DNA of 64,000 nucleotides from an uncultured Gammaproteobacteria bacterium (GTDB lineage Bacteria > Pseudomonadota > Gammaproteobacteria > Steroidobacterales > JBCBZW01), in contig CBDUQI010000002.1 in assembly GCA_965369325.1 (NCBI GenBank), positions 5,873 through 69,872 of the forward strand. The letters are read 5' to 3'. Under the pieces are notes generated by a model, which made no database searches, was not told where the DNA came from, and was given only the letters and a program-made list of their open reading frames with translations. Each line of letters begins with the position of its first letter. Position 1 is the first letter of the stretch. Both the position numbers and the translations under genes were made by a program. Positions 1 through 10,048 of this stretch are shown piece by piece.

Positions 1-1632
1 GCCATCGCTCTGGCCGACGAATACGGAGGGAATGGTGATGGCATTGTTGCTGCCGCCCATCTCGATCACATCATCGCCGTCGTTGTTGATCACGATGGCG
101 CCGGTGGCACCGGCCACCTGGGCATTCAGCGCTTTGTCAGAGAATGCGCAGTCGCCGCGGTCGATCAAGGCGACCATGCCATCAAGACTGTTCGCTGGCA
201 GGGGGTTGCAGGCTAGGCTGTCAGTGCCGGTGATATCAAAGGCGATCGCGACCTGGCCGCTGACACTGCCGGCCGACGGGTTGAACGCTGCGCCGCCCAC
301 CGTGTATGGGCCTGCGATGGCGGCCGGGGTGTCCACCGTGAAGGTCGGCGGCAAGCCGCCGCCGAAAACGGAGCAGGCGCCCGCGTTGCGTGGGGCGTTG
401 GGCGTGTCGCCCGCCGCGCCGTTCAACTGGTCCATTAGCTCGCCAAAGATATCGGAGTACGATTCGTTCAATGCGCCGGACTGGTACTGGTAGATGAGCC
501 CATGTGTGCGCTCGGTATAGCCGTGCGCCCATTCGTGGGCGACGATGTCGTCGGTGGCAAGCTCGGGGCAAAAGCCGATGTAGCTGCCGGTCCAATGCGC
601 GTTGGGGCAGGCGATGGTGGGGTCGTTGTTGACCGCATGCATGATGCCATCGACGCCGTCGAACGACAGATAAGTGCCGTCACTCATGCTGGAGTAGACG
701 TTGTAGGTATCGAGCGAAAAGTCGATCAGATCATCAATGGTCGGGTTGCCGACGGGCACGCTGTCCCCCTCTGACCACACGCTGGAGGCGCTGTTAAATC
801 CGCCGTCGTAGATTTCACGCTGGATAAGCTCGTGCACGCCGCTGATCTGGTTCAGCGCTTTGCCGGTGTGCGCATCCAGATACACAAACTCGCGTACGCT
901 GTTGGCTGCGTTGTTAACCGTGATTTCCCACGCCAGTCGCGCGGGGCCGCTGTGTCCGCGCAGCAGGCCAACGCGATAAATTATTAGCGATGCATCGCTG
1001 GCGAGTTTGCCTGCGCTGGGTGCCAGCTGCTGGCGCACGATATCGCGCGCCAGTCGCCCGGCCCGCGCGCTGTTCACCGATGGGGTGATGCGCCCGGCCA
1101 GATCCTGGTGCAGTGCGGGTACCATCATGCCGTTGACAGCACGCAGCCGCCCGCGGGCATCCACGTTGGCGCGCAGCATCGCGCCAAACACGCGGACACC
1201 GCGATAGGTTTGCTGGTAGGAGAGCGTGGCGCCGCCACGCGTGTCCACGGCCTGGTCCAGTAGGGCTAGTGACACATGCTCATCTTGAGCGCCGAACAGT
1301 GCGCGGTGTTGCGCCAAAAACGCGTCAACCTTGGCATGGCGGCTGGCGTAGACACCACCAGGTTGTAAGTCGCCTTCGCCCTCGATGCGGGCGATCCGGG
1401 CCGCCTGGGTGGCACGGTGGCGTGCCAGCAGTACCCGGCCCTGCGCGCGATTTTGCAGGCCTGCATAGGCCGTGTCGGTGGCGCGCGCAATGGCGCTGTC
1501 GCGGGCCGACAGCGTGGCGTTGTCGGCTGCGTAGGCCGTTTGGCCAATCGCCACCACAGCCAGTGCGCTGGTGAGGGCAAGTAAAAATCGTGCGCCGCGG
1601 CGATTGCCGCAGCCTTGTGTGCTGTGCTCCAT
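1..1632 (-). CDS. Secreted M4 (thermolysin/vibriolysin-like) zinc metalloprotease, first 544 codons; 3' end runs off the window
   Basis: Absent from the ORF track because there is no stop in the window. My minus-strand translation from ATG 1632-1630 stays open to nt 1. Signal-like N-terminus MEHSTQGCGNRRGARFLLALTSALAVVAIGQTAYA. HEWAH zinc motif at 523-537, then the GALNESYSDIFGE Glu-ligand motif. A PA-domain-like stretch follows (MVALIDRGDCAFSDKALNAQVAGATGAIVINN). Confidence 0.85.
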   Translation of the reverse strand, partial: MEHSTQGCGNRRGARFLLALTSALAVVAIGQTAYAADNATLSARDSAIARATDTAYAGLQNRAQGRVLLARHRATQAARIARIEGEGDLQPGGVYASRHAKVDAFLAQHRALFGAQDEHVSLALLDQAVDTRGGATLSYQQTYRGVRVFGAMLRANVDARGRLRAVNGMMVPALHQDLAGRITPSVNSARAGRLARDIVRQQLAPSAGKLASDASLIIYRVGLLRGHSGPARLAWEITVNNAANSVREFVYLDAHTGKALNQISGVHELIQREIYDGGFNSASSVWSEGDSVPVGNPTIDDLIDFSLDTYNVYSSMSDGTYLSFDGVDGIMHAVNNDPTIACPNAHWTGSYIGFCPELATDDIVAHEWAHGYTERTHGLIYQYQSGALNESYSDIFGELMDQLNGAAGDTPNAPRNAGACSVFGGGLPPTFTVDTPAAIAGPYTVGGAAFNPSAGSVSGQVAIAFDITGTDSLACNPLPANSLDGMVALIDRGDCAFSDKALNAQVAGATGAIVINNDGDDVIEMGGSNNAITIPSVFVGQSDG

Positions 1633-1962
1633 GCTAGCCTCTACTGTTCCGTCAGTGTTGTTATGACTGCAACGCGCTGTCAGGCGGTTGCGGCGGCGCG
1701 CATACGGTTGTGCGTGATGCCTTTGTCGTTTTTGTTCGTGCGATTAGCCTAGGTGAGTGCAGGGGGCGAATCAAGGCGCAATCGGCGGCTATGTAAAGCG
1801 CAGCAGAAAAATAATTTTACGCTTTGCATAAGCAGTCACTGTGAAAAAATCGTGGTTCGGCAACGGGCTGAGTGTTATGTTTTCAGGGGTAAGAAAATGA
1901 GTCCTTGCGCAACGGCCCGAGACAACTACAACAGATACAGTCAATCAAATAAGGGGTGCACG

Positions 1963-2820
1963 ATGAGATTACTCTCAGCTTTGCTTCTGCTCTCGCTTGC
2001 CAGCGCTGCCGGCGCGCAGCAGGATGTCGTCGTTGATGCTGGGCGAGGCCCCATCAAGCTGCATGTGCCCGCCGCGTACGAGCAGGGCGAGCCAATTGCG
2101 CTGGTTGTGCAGTTGCACGGATACGGCTCGAGCGCCGTGTTCAACGAGCTGTACATGCGGATGACCGCGCAGTCCGATGCGCGCGGATTTTTGCTGGCGC
2201 TGCCCAACGGCACGTTGGATGTCTTTGGGGCACGCTACTGGAACGCCACCAATGCCTGTTGCGAGTACTTTGGTGAGCTGGATGATTCAGCTTATCTGCG
2301 CAATCTGGTGGAAGTGGTGGCCGCGACGTATTCGGTGGATGCCCGGCGGGTATATTTTGTTGGGCACTCCAACGGCGGCTTTATGTCCCATCGCATGGCT
2401 TGCGATCACGCCGATTTGGTCACTGCAATTGTCAGTGTGGCGGGTGCCAACTGGGAAGACATTGGTGAATGCCAGCCAAGCGAGCCAGTGCACACGCTGC
2501 AAATTCACGGGACGGCGGATGATGTCATTTTCTATCCGGGTGGCTGTCTGGCCGGACTGGGCTGTTATCCCGGTGCCAGAACCACAACGGAGGGTTGGGC
2601 GGCGCTGAACGGATGCGAGGTGAACGGCGTGATCACACCGCCGCTGCTGGATCTCATCGGCGGGCCGGCGAAGGATACTTTAAGACGCGTGTACGATCAG
2701 AACTGCGTCGGCGGCAGTGCGCAGCTGTGGACCGCGCCGGGCGCATCTCATGTGCCGGCGCTGGCCGATAATTTCGCATTGGAGGTCGCGGACTATCTGT
2801 TGTCCAAGGCCAAGCCGTGA
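1963..2820 (+). CDS. Secreted alpha/beta esterase of the PHB-depolymerase/LpqC type
   Basis: Signal peptide MRLLSALLLLSLASAAGA. GHSNGG nucleophile elbow, plus LHGYG and IHGTADD motifs. ATG 1963 is preceded by AAGGGG. The track's GTG 1753 start adds 70 residues that do not look like a signal peptide. Confidence 0.8.
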   Translation: MRLLSALLLLSLASAAGAQQDVVVDAGRGPIKLHVPAAYEQGEPIALVVQLHGYGSSAVFNELYMRMTAQSDARGFLLALPNGTLDVFGARYWNATNACCEYFGELDDSAYLRNLVEVVAATYSVDARRVYFVGHSNGGFMSHRMACDHADLVTAIVSVAGANWEDIGECQPSEPVHTLQIHGTADDVIFYPGGCLAGLGCYPGARTTTEGWAALNGCEVNGVITPPLLDLIGGPAKDTLRRVYDQNCVGGSAQLWTAPGASHVPALADNFALEVADYLLSKAKP

Positions 2821-3167
2821 CACTGCTCGCCCCGGCACGGATCTGTCGCGCCTGCTCACCCCCTATGCCGAAAGGCCAGCCAAGATGGAGACCCTCTAAG
2901 TGGTCTCATTGGCTGAATACGCAAATGACGGCCAGCCGGCCCTCAATTTATTCGTCATAATCTTTGTCGAATGTGCCGAACGCTGTACATCTTGCGGGCT
3001 TAGTGGCCCTGAAATAGGGGCCATTGCAGGCGAATTCCTGGACCAACGGGCACCTTCGCTAGCCAAATTAGCGACAAGCGTGCCCCCGATGGGGGACATG
3101 GATGAATGATCCGGGCTAGAATGCGCGCCTTTCCTGCCCGCTCCCCACCTCTCAGGCACCCCTTAAC

Positions 3168-4985
3168 ATGATAAGTAAACTTCGCAACATCGCGATCATC
3201 GCGCATGTTGACCATGGCAAAACCACGCTGGTGGATCAGTTGCTGCGCCAGTCCGGTACGTTGGATGCCCGCAAGGCGATGCCCGACCGTGTCATGGATT
3301 CAAATGACCTGGAGCGCGAGCGCGGCATTACCATTTTGTCCAAGAACACCGCGATCAACTGGGGCGAGTTCCGCATCAACATTGTGGATACCCCGGGGCA
3401 CGCGGACTTCGGTGGCGAGGTGGAACGGGTGCTGTCGATGGTGGACAGCGTGCTGTTGCTGGTTGATGCGGTGGATGGCCCAATGCCGCAAACCCGGTTT
3501 GTCACCCAGAAGGCCTTTGCCCACGGCTTCGAGCCCATCGTGGTGATTAATAAGATTGATCGCGACGGTGCCCGCCCGGACTGGGTGCTGGACCAGACCT
3601 TTGAGTTGTTCGACCGCCTGGGCGCCAATGACAAGCAGTTGGACTTCCCGGTGGTATACACCTCGGCGATCCAGGGCACCTCCGGCACCACGCCCGAGAC
3701 GATGACCGAGACCATGGACGTGCTGTTCAACACGGTTATCGCGCGCTGCCCGCCGCCGCCGGTGGATGAGCATGGCGCGTTTCAGCTGCAGATTTCGGTG
3801 TTGGATTACTCGACCTATCTAGGGGCTATCGGTATCGGGCGAATCGCTCGCGGCAGCGTGCGACGCAACGATGCCATCACCGTGATTGATGCCGACGGTG
3901 GGCGCCGCAACGAGCGTGTCGGCCAGATTTTCGGTTTGTTGGGTCTGGAGCGAGTGGAGGTGCAGGAGGCGCATGCGGGCGACATTGTGGCGATCGCCGG
4001 CATCGAGCGGCCCGCCATCTCCGATACGCTGTGCTACCCGGCCCAGCCGCAGGCACTGCCCGCGCTGACCGTGGACGAGCCCACCATCAGCATGACCTTC
4101 CAGGCCAATACCTCGCCGCTGGCGGCGCGCGAAGGCCGCTTTGTGACCAGCCGTCAGGTGCGCGACCGGCTGATGCGCGAAGCGCTGCACAATGTCGCAC
4201 TGCGGGTAGAGGAAACAGCTGATCCGGATAAACTGAGCGTCTCCGGGCGCGGCGAGTTGCATCTGGCCATTTTGATCGAAACTATGCGCCGCGAAGGTTT
4301 TGAGCTGGCCGTCTCGCGCCCGCGTGTGGTGGTGCGCGAAGTGGATGGCGAGCGTCATGAACCGTTCGAAGCGCTCACCGTGGATGTGGAGGATAAACAC
4401 CAGGGCGCGGTGATGGAGGCGTTGGGATCACGCGGCGGCGAGGTGGAATCGATGATGCCCGACGGGCAAGGTCGCACCCGGCTGGACTACATGATTCCGG
4501 CGCGTGGCCTGATTGGTTTCCAGACCGATTTTCGCACCATGACCTCTGGCACCGGCATGATGTACCACGTGTTCGATCACTACGGGCCGGTGCGGGCCCG
4601 CGAGATCGCCTCGCGCGCCAATGGTGTGCTTATCTCTAACTCCCCAGGCAAGTCCCTGGCGTATGCCCTGTTTAATCTGCAAGAGCGCGGGCGCATGTTT
4701 ATCGGTCCGGGTGAGGAGCTGTACGAGGGCATGGTGATTGGTCGGCACAGCCGCGACAACGATCTGACCGTGAACCCGACGAAGGGCAAACAACTCACCA
4801 ACGTGCGCGCCTCGGGCAAGGACGAAAGCATCCTGCTGACGCCGCCTATCCAGATGAGCCTGGAGCAGGCGATGGAGTTTATCGAGGACGACGAACTGGT
4901 GGAGATTACGCCGCAGAACATTCGCATTCGCAAACGGCATCTCAAAGAGCACGAACGCAAGCGCGCCTCGCGCGAGAGCCTGTAG
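3168..4985 (+). CDS. typA: Translational GTPase TypA/BipA
   Basis: N-terminus [19 protein letters not shown] (G1), [14 protein letters not shown] (G3), NKIDR (G4). Full-length 605 aa with the typical BipA C-terminal region. Confidence 0.97.
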   Translation: MISKLRNIAIIAHVDHGKTTLVDQLLRQSGTLDARKAMPDRVMDSNDLERERGITILSKNTAINWGEFRINIVDTPGHADFGGEVERVLSMVDSVLLLVDAVDGPMPQTRFVTQKAFAHGFEPIVVINKIDRDGARPDWVLDQTFELFDRLGANDKQLDFPVVYTSAIQGTSGTTPETMTETMDVLFNTVIARCPPPPVDEHGAFQLQISVLDYSTYLGAIGIGRIARGSVRRNDAITVIDADGGRRNERVGQIFGLLGLERVEVQEAHAGDIVAIAGIERPAISDTLCYPAQPQALPALTVDEPTISMTFQANTSPLAAREGRFVTSRQVRDRLMREALHNVALRVEETADPDKLSVSGRGELHLAILIETMRREGFELAVSRPRVVVREVDGERHEPFEALTVDVEDKHQGAVMEALGSRGGEVESMMPDGQGRTRLDYMIPARGLIGFQTDFRTMTSGTGMMYHVFDHYGPVRAREIASRANGVLISNSPGKSLAYALFNLQERGRMFIGPGEELYEGMVIGRHSRDNDLTVNPTKGKQLTNVRASGKDESILLTPPIQMSLEQAMEFIEDDELVEITPQNIRIRKRHLKEHERKRASRESL

Positions 4986-5184
4986 TACTCGCCGGCAACT
5001 GGCAAACACCCCCGGTCGCAGCTCACCACAGCCCGCGTGCGGGCTCCGTATCAATGGCGCCCGTGCCGTGCGGCCACGATGGCTCGGGCCGCGATACTGG
5101 GTGATGCGATCTGACGCCGCTACGTTAATCGCGGTAACATAACCCGTGGCGCAGCCCTTCTCGCCCGTTACGGACAAAGCAGTT

Positions 5185-5517
5185 ATGGAATCCTCTAATA
5201 ATATTATTCTCTCCAACACCGAGTCGGTGCCCGGGCGGCGTATCGTCGAGTTCTACGGTGTTGTCAGCGGTAACACGGTGCGTGCGAAGCACATCGGCCG
5301 CGATTTTCTGGCCGGGCTAAAAAATATCGTCGGCGGTGAGCTAACCGCGTACACCGAGCTGTTGTCTGAGTCGCGGGATGAGGCCACCTCCCGTATGGTC
5401 GCGCAGGCGGCATCGGTCGGCGCGAATGCCGTAGTCAATGTGCGCTTCGCGACCAGTTCAGTGGCGCAGGGCGCAGCTGAGCTGTTCGCCTACGGCACCG
5501 CGGTGCGAGTGGAGTGA
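5185..5517 (+). CDS. YbjQ/UPF0145 family protein (putative heavy-metal-binding domain)
   Basis: ILSNTESVPGRRIVEFYGVVSGNTVRAKHIGRDFLAGLKNIVGGEL...GANAVVNVRF...YGTAV is the canonical YbjQ pattern. ATG 5185 chosen over the track start at 5146. Confidence 0.85.
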   Translation: MESSNNIILSNTESVPGRRIVEFYGVVSGNTVRAKHIGRDFLAGLKNIVGGELTAYTELLSESRDEATSRMVAQAASVGANAVVNVRFATSSVAQGAAELFAYGTAVRVE

Positions 5518-5533
5518 CAGGCGGCACATTGTA

Positions 5534-6067
5534 ATGGGCGGGCTGACAAGCATTGGTGTTACTCTGGCGCTTGTGGTGGTGGCGTACCTCGTCGGGGGTG
5601 TACGCGAGCGCAATCACTATCGCAGCATCGTTGAGCGCGAAACGCGCTATCGGGCGTTCCCGGTAAGCACCTTCGAGACGTTGTTGCCAGGCTGGAAGCC
5701 GCAAGAGGCCTCGTTGGTAAGCGGCAGTGTGGTGGTGTCGCTGGATTATTTTAAACGCACCATCGGCGTATTCCGCAGTATTTTCGGCGGCCGCCTACGC
5801 ACCTACGAGCCCTTGTTAGATCGTGCCCGGCGCGAGGCGGTTTTGCGCATGATCGAGTCGGCCAAAGGCCGCGGCTTTGATGCGGTGATTAACGTACGTC
5901 TTGAGACCTCCCGCCTGGCCAGTGCCCGGCGTGACGCTGAAGGCACTGCGGGTGTTGAGATGGTGGCCTACGGCACGGGCCTCAAGCTCGCCAACGCCCC
6001 GGCCGCACCGCGCAACCCCGAGCTCACGAGCGCATCGGCCGATGAAGTTCGAACCACGTACCCCTGA
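5534..6067 (+). CDS. Membrane-anchored YbjQ-domain paralog
   Basis: N-terminal TM segment (GLTSIGVTLALVVVAYLVGGV) followed by a YbjQ-like core (SGSVVVSLDYFKRTIGVFRSIFGGRL...FDAVINVRLE...VAYGTGL). ATG 5534 lies 16 nt after the upstream stop. Confidence 0.75.
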   Translation: MGGLTSIGVTLALVVVAYLVGGVRERNHYRSIVERETRYRAFPVSTFETLLPGWKPQEASLVSGSVVVSLDYFKRTIGVFRSIFGGRLRTYEPLLDRARREAVLRMIESAKGRGFDAVINVRLETSRLASARRDAEGTAGVEMVAYGTGLKLANAPAAPRNPELTSASADEVRTTYP

Positions 6068-6827
6068 CCACGATGTCAACGTCACCCAGGAGCATCCGCT
6101 AAAGAACGCGGTCTCGCTCGCGCTGGGTGTGATCGCCGTGTTTACGATACTGGCCTTGCTGCTGGTGGCAACTGCGGATGTTGTTGTTGGCCTGGTGCCG
6201 ATCAGGCTGGAGAGCCGCGTGTTCTCGGCCTGGCAGCCCGATGAGTTGTTTGACGACGATCAGGACGCCGCCGTGCCGGTCGGGGCCCTGCTCGACTCAC
6301 TGGTTGAGTTGTGGCCAGAGGCGAAGTATGAGTTTCGCGTCGCCGTTACTGATGCCGAGGCGCCCAACGCGGTGGCCTTGCCCGGCGGCCTCATTGTAGT
6401 GACCACCGGATTGTTGTCAGTGGTGGACAGTGAGAACGAACTGGCGTTTGTGATGGCCCACGAGCTTGGCCACTATCGAAATCGTGATCACTTACGGCAA
6501 ATGGGGCGCAGTGCCGCCCTTGAATTTGTATTTGGCCTGATTGGTGGTCACGGTAATTTTGGTAGCATCTGGGGCGATCTGACCACACGCGGGTTCAGCC
6601 GCGAGCAGGAACGTGAGGCCGACCGCTTTGGGTTGGCGTTGTCGTATCGCAAGTACGGGCATGTGGGTGACACATCGCGGTTCTTCCAGCGGCTCCGCGC
6701 AAGCTCAGGGTTAGAGGGGTATTTGTCCACGCACCCGCATCCGGATGAGCGCATTGCTGCGCTGCACCGCCAGGCGCAGGAGGCGGGTTGGCCGAGCGCC
6801 GGCGCCATCACCGAATGGCCGCATTAA
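6042..6827 (+). CDS. M48 family zinc metallopeptidase, membrane-anchored
   Basis: HELGH at 6469-6483, a downstream EREADRFG Glu ligand motif, a TM segment (LALGVIAVFTILALLLVA) and a STHPHPDERI tail. ATG 6042 overlaps the upstream gene by 26 nt. Confidence 0.85.
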   Translation: MKFEPRTPDHDVNVTQEHPLKNAVSLALGVIAVFTILALLLVATADVVVGLVPIRLESRVFSAWQPDELFDDDQDAAVPVGALLDSLVELWPEAKYEFRVAVTDAEAPNAVALPGGLIVVTTGLLSVVDSENELAFVMAHELGHYRNRDHLRQMGRSAALEFVFGLIGGHGNFGSIWGDLTTRGFSREQEREADRFGLALSYRKYGHVGDTSRFFQRLRASSGLEGYLSTHPHPDERIAALHRQAQEAGWPSAGAITEWPH

Positions 6828-6975
6828 CGGCTGTTACTCGACTGATTGTCTAATTGGGGACCGCAAAGCAATCGCGAGGCTAGGAATAACGCCCGTTTCA
6901 ATTGTGATTTAGGTCCTGAATTCTTATCTGCCATCCCTTAGGTTAGTGTAGCCACACAATACGGAGGTGGATCGT

Positions 6976-7953
6976 ATGGCTGTACCGACCCCTCAGGATG
7001 AAGCAGATCGGTTACGCACTTTGCATGCATTGAGCGTAATGGACACACCACCTGAGCACCGTTTTGATCGCTACACGCGGATCGCCTCGACGTTGTTCGA
7101 CGCGCCAATCGCGCTGGTGGGCTTTATCGATCAGGCCCGGCATTGGTTTAAATCGGGTACCGGCTTTGGCGCAACGCAGATCCCACGCGGCGTCTCTTTT
7201 TGCAGTTACACCATATTAGGTGATGAGGTGTTCGTCATACCGGATACCCAGGCGGACCAGCGTTTTGTCGGCAACCCGCTGCTGGGGGCCGAATTTAACA
7301 TCCGCTTTTACGCTGGCTGTCCGCTCATTGCTAATGGGCGCAAGATGGGCACGCTTTGCATTATGGATACGAAGCCGCGCACGTTCGACAACGAGCAACG
7401 TATGATGCTGCAGGATCTGGCGGACATGCTCACGCGCGATCTGGCCACGATCAGCCTGCTCAGCATTGATCAGATTACCGGCTTGCCTAACCGCCAGGGT
7501 TTCGAGACGCTCGGCACCCAGGTGCTGGCGATGACCCGGCGCAGCTCAGAACCCGTCTCCGCACTGATTTTGACGCTGGAGAACCTGAATCAAATTACCG
7601 AGCAGCATGGCCTGGAAGAGGGCGAGGAGGTGCTGAGCGAATCAGCCCAAATGCTGCACACCGCGTTTCGTGATTCCGATGTGCTTGGTTACCTGGGCGA
7701 CGGTGTGTTCGGCGTGTTGCTGACCGGCGCCAGCGCTGAGAGTGCGGGTGTTTGTCTTACCCGCCTGGATGAGCAGATGCATGCTCGCAACACCGTGGCT
7801 GGTGCGCGCTCGACCATCCGGTATTACGCAGGATACGCGGAGTATCGCGACGGAGAGCATGAGTTGTTGCGCAACGTGTTACTGGATGCCCAAAACAACG
7901 CGGAGCGCAGCCGTCATCAACGGCAGATGCTGAACGAGCGCGCGACTGGCTAG
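6976..7953 (+). CDS. GAF domain protein with degenerate GGDEF domain
   Basis: GAF signature (RFDRYTRIASTLFDAPIALVGFID..RHWFKS...IRFYAGCPL...GTLCIMD). The GGDEF-like domain starts at ITGLPNRQGF. Its A-site reads GDGVF instead of GG(D/E)EF, and RDSD (RxxD) sits 5 residues upstream (7669-7710). ATG 6976 has a GGAGG 9 nt upstream; GTG 6967 is an alternative start. Confidence 0.85.
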   Translation: MAVPTPQDEADRLRTLHALSVMDTPPEHRFDRYTRIASTLFDAPIALVGFIDQARHWFKSGTGFGATQIPRGVSFCSYTILGDEVFVIPDTQADQRFVGNPLLGAEFNIRFYAGCPLIANGRKMGTLCIMDTKPRTFDNEQRMMLQDLADMLTRDLATISLLSIDQITGLPNRQGFETLGTQVLAMTRRSSEPVSALILTLENLNQITEQHGLEEGEEVLSESAQMLHTAFRDSDVLGYLGDGVFGVLLTGASAESAGVCLTRLDEQMHARNTVAGARSTIRYYAGYAEYRDGEHELLRNVLLDAQNNAERSRHQRQMLNERATG

Positions 7954-8000
7954 CCGGCCGTCCGATCATAGTCGCGGCCGCTTATGCGGCGCTAATTTCG

Positions 8001-8025
8001 AAGGCCCGGCTCAGTACCGGGCCTT
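8001..8025. terminator. Hairpin between convergent genes (GAF-GGDEF gene and msrQ)
   Basis: AAGGCCCGG-ctcagta-CCGGGCCTT is a perfect 9-bp stem, followed on the + strand by cgTTTaTTT. It sits directly 3' of the msrQ stop on the other strand. Confidence 0.5.
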
Positions 8026-8028
8026 CGT

Positions 8029-8628
8029 TTATTTGGCTCTGGTGCGCCACCAACGCGCGCCCAACAGCGCGGCCAGCACAGCCGCGTAAATCAGAGGTTC
8101 GGTAATGTCTTCTTTCACCTGCCACCAAAAATGCCATACGCCCAAGATGGCAATAGGGTAAATCAGGCGATGCAGTTTTTGCCAGTTGCGCCCCAGCCGT
8201 CGCATCATCGCGCGGGTGGAGGTAGCAGCGAGCGGTAGCAGCCCGAGCAGGCCGGTAAAGCCGAGCGTGATGTAGGGCCGTTCCAGGATATCCTCGAACA
8301 CCGCATCCAGTGACAGCGACTGGTCCAGCCAGAAGTACACGGTGAAATGCAGTGCCACATAGAAGAACGCGAACAGCCCCAGCATGCGTCGAAAGCGCAT
8401 TACCCACGCCCAGCCGCTGGCCCAGCGCAGCGGGCTGATCATCAGGGTGATGAACAGAAAATTTAACCCCCACTCGCCGAATTTGTGCAACAGCGCCTCG
8501 ATCGGGTTGGCGCCAAGGGTAAAACCACCCCACTCCAGAGCACCGGCCAACATGGCCAGGAACGGCGCAGCGCAGCTCAGGAACACCAGGGGTTTTCCGA
8601 GCCAGCGAATGACCTGCGCTTGTCGCAT
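8029..8628 (-). CDS. msrQ: Protein-methionine-sulfoxide reductase heme-binding subunit MsrQ (YedZ)
   Basis: 199-aa polytopic membrane protein with a YedZ-like sequence (GANPIEALLHKFGEWGLNFLFITLMISPLR...). Located immediately downstream of msrP. Confidence 0.9.
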   Translation of the reverse strand: MRQAQVIRWLGKPLVFLSCAAPFLAMLAGALEWGGFTLGANPIEALLHKFGEWGLNFLFITLMISPLRWASGWAWVMRFRRMLGLFAFFYVALHFTVYFWLDQSLSLDAVFEDILERPYITLGFTGLLGLLPLAATSTRAMMRRLGRNWQKLHRLIYPIAILGVWHFWWQVKEDITEPLIYAAVLAALLGARWWRTRAK

Positions 8629-8661
8629 ACGGTGTATGTTCGCTAGAGGCGTCGAGGTGGG

Positions 8662-9651
<990 letters not shown>

Positions 9652-10048
9652 CTTTCGCTCTACCGCTGTGTAGTTGTGGCTCGCCATGCGCGTACCCGAA
9701 GCCTTTGCGCCAGCCGTCCAACGTTAAAATGTACCAGATTCGAGGCGAACAGGATGTCACGTTTGTCTCACATGCATATTTATCTTAGCGCCATGCGCCC
9801 ATTTGTCCTGCAACACGGCGTGCTTGTGCGAGGCGGACTCGCCCCGACTGCCCGTCAATCTACTGGCACTTATGTGGCCAGGATCGACGACAGCGTACGC
9901 TTGTTGTCGATTTTCCCGCGACCGGCCTCGCCGGCCTCAACTTTCCCGACCTGCAACCGACATAGACAAGAGTTCGCCACCGGATGTTCCCGTGGCAAAG
10001 AACCAGGCCGGGCCCGCGCTGCGCAACCGGTATGCAGGGAAGAGAAGT

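Noticed and set aside
5030-5045. Hairpin AGCCCGCgtGCGGGCT after typA
   Set aside because: The stem is short, the loop is minimal and there is no U-tract. This is insufficient to call a terminator.
9803-10048. Track start (TTG 9803) of the metalloprotease ORF
   Set aside because: The first 80 residues or so are Cys/Arg/Pro-rich and do not look like a signal peptide. A TTG at 10049 with AGGGAAGAG upstream gives a proper signal peptide. The exact start is still uncertain.
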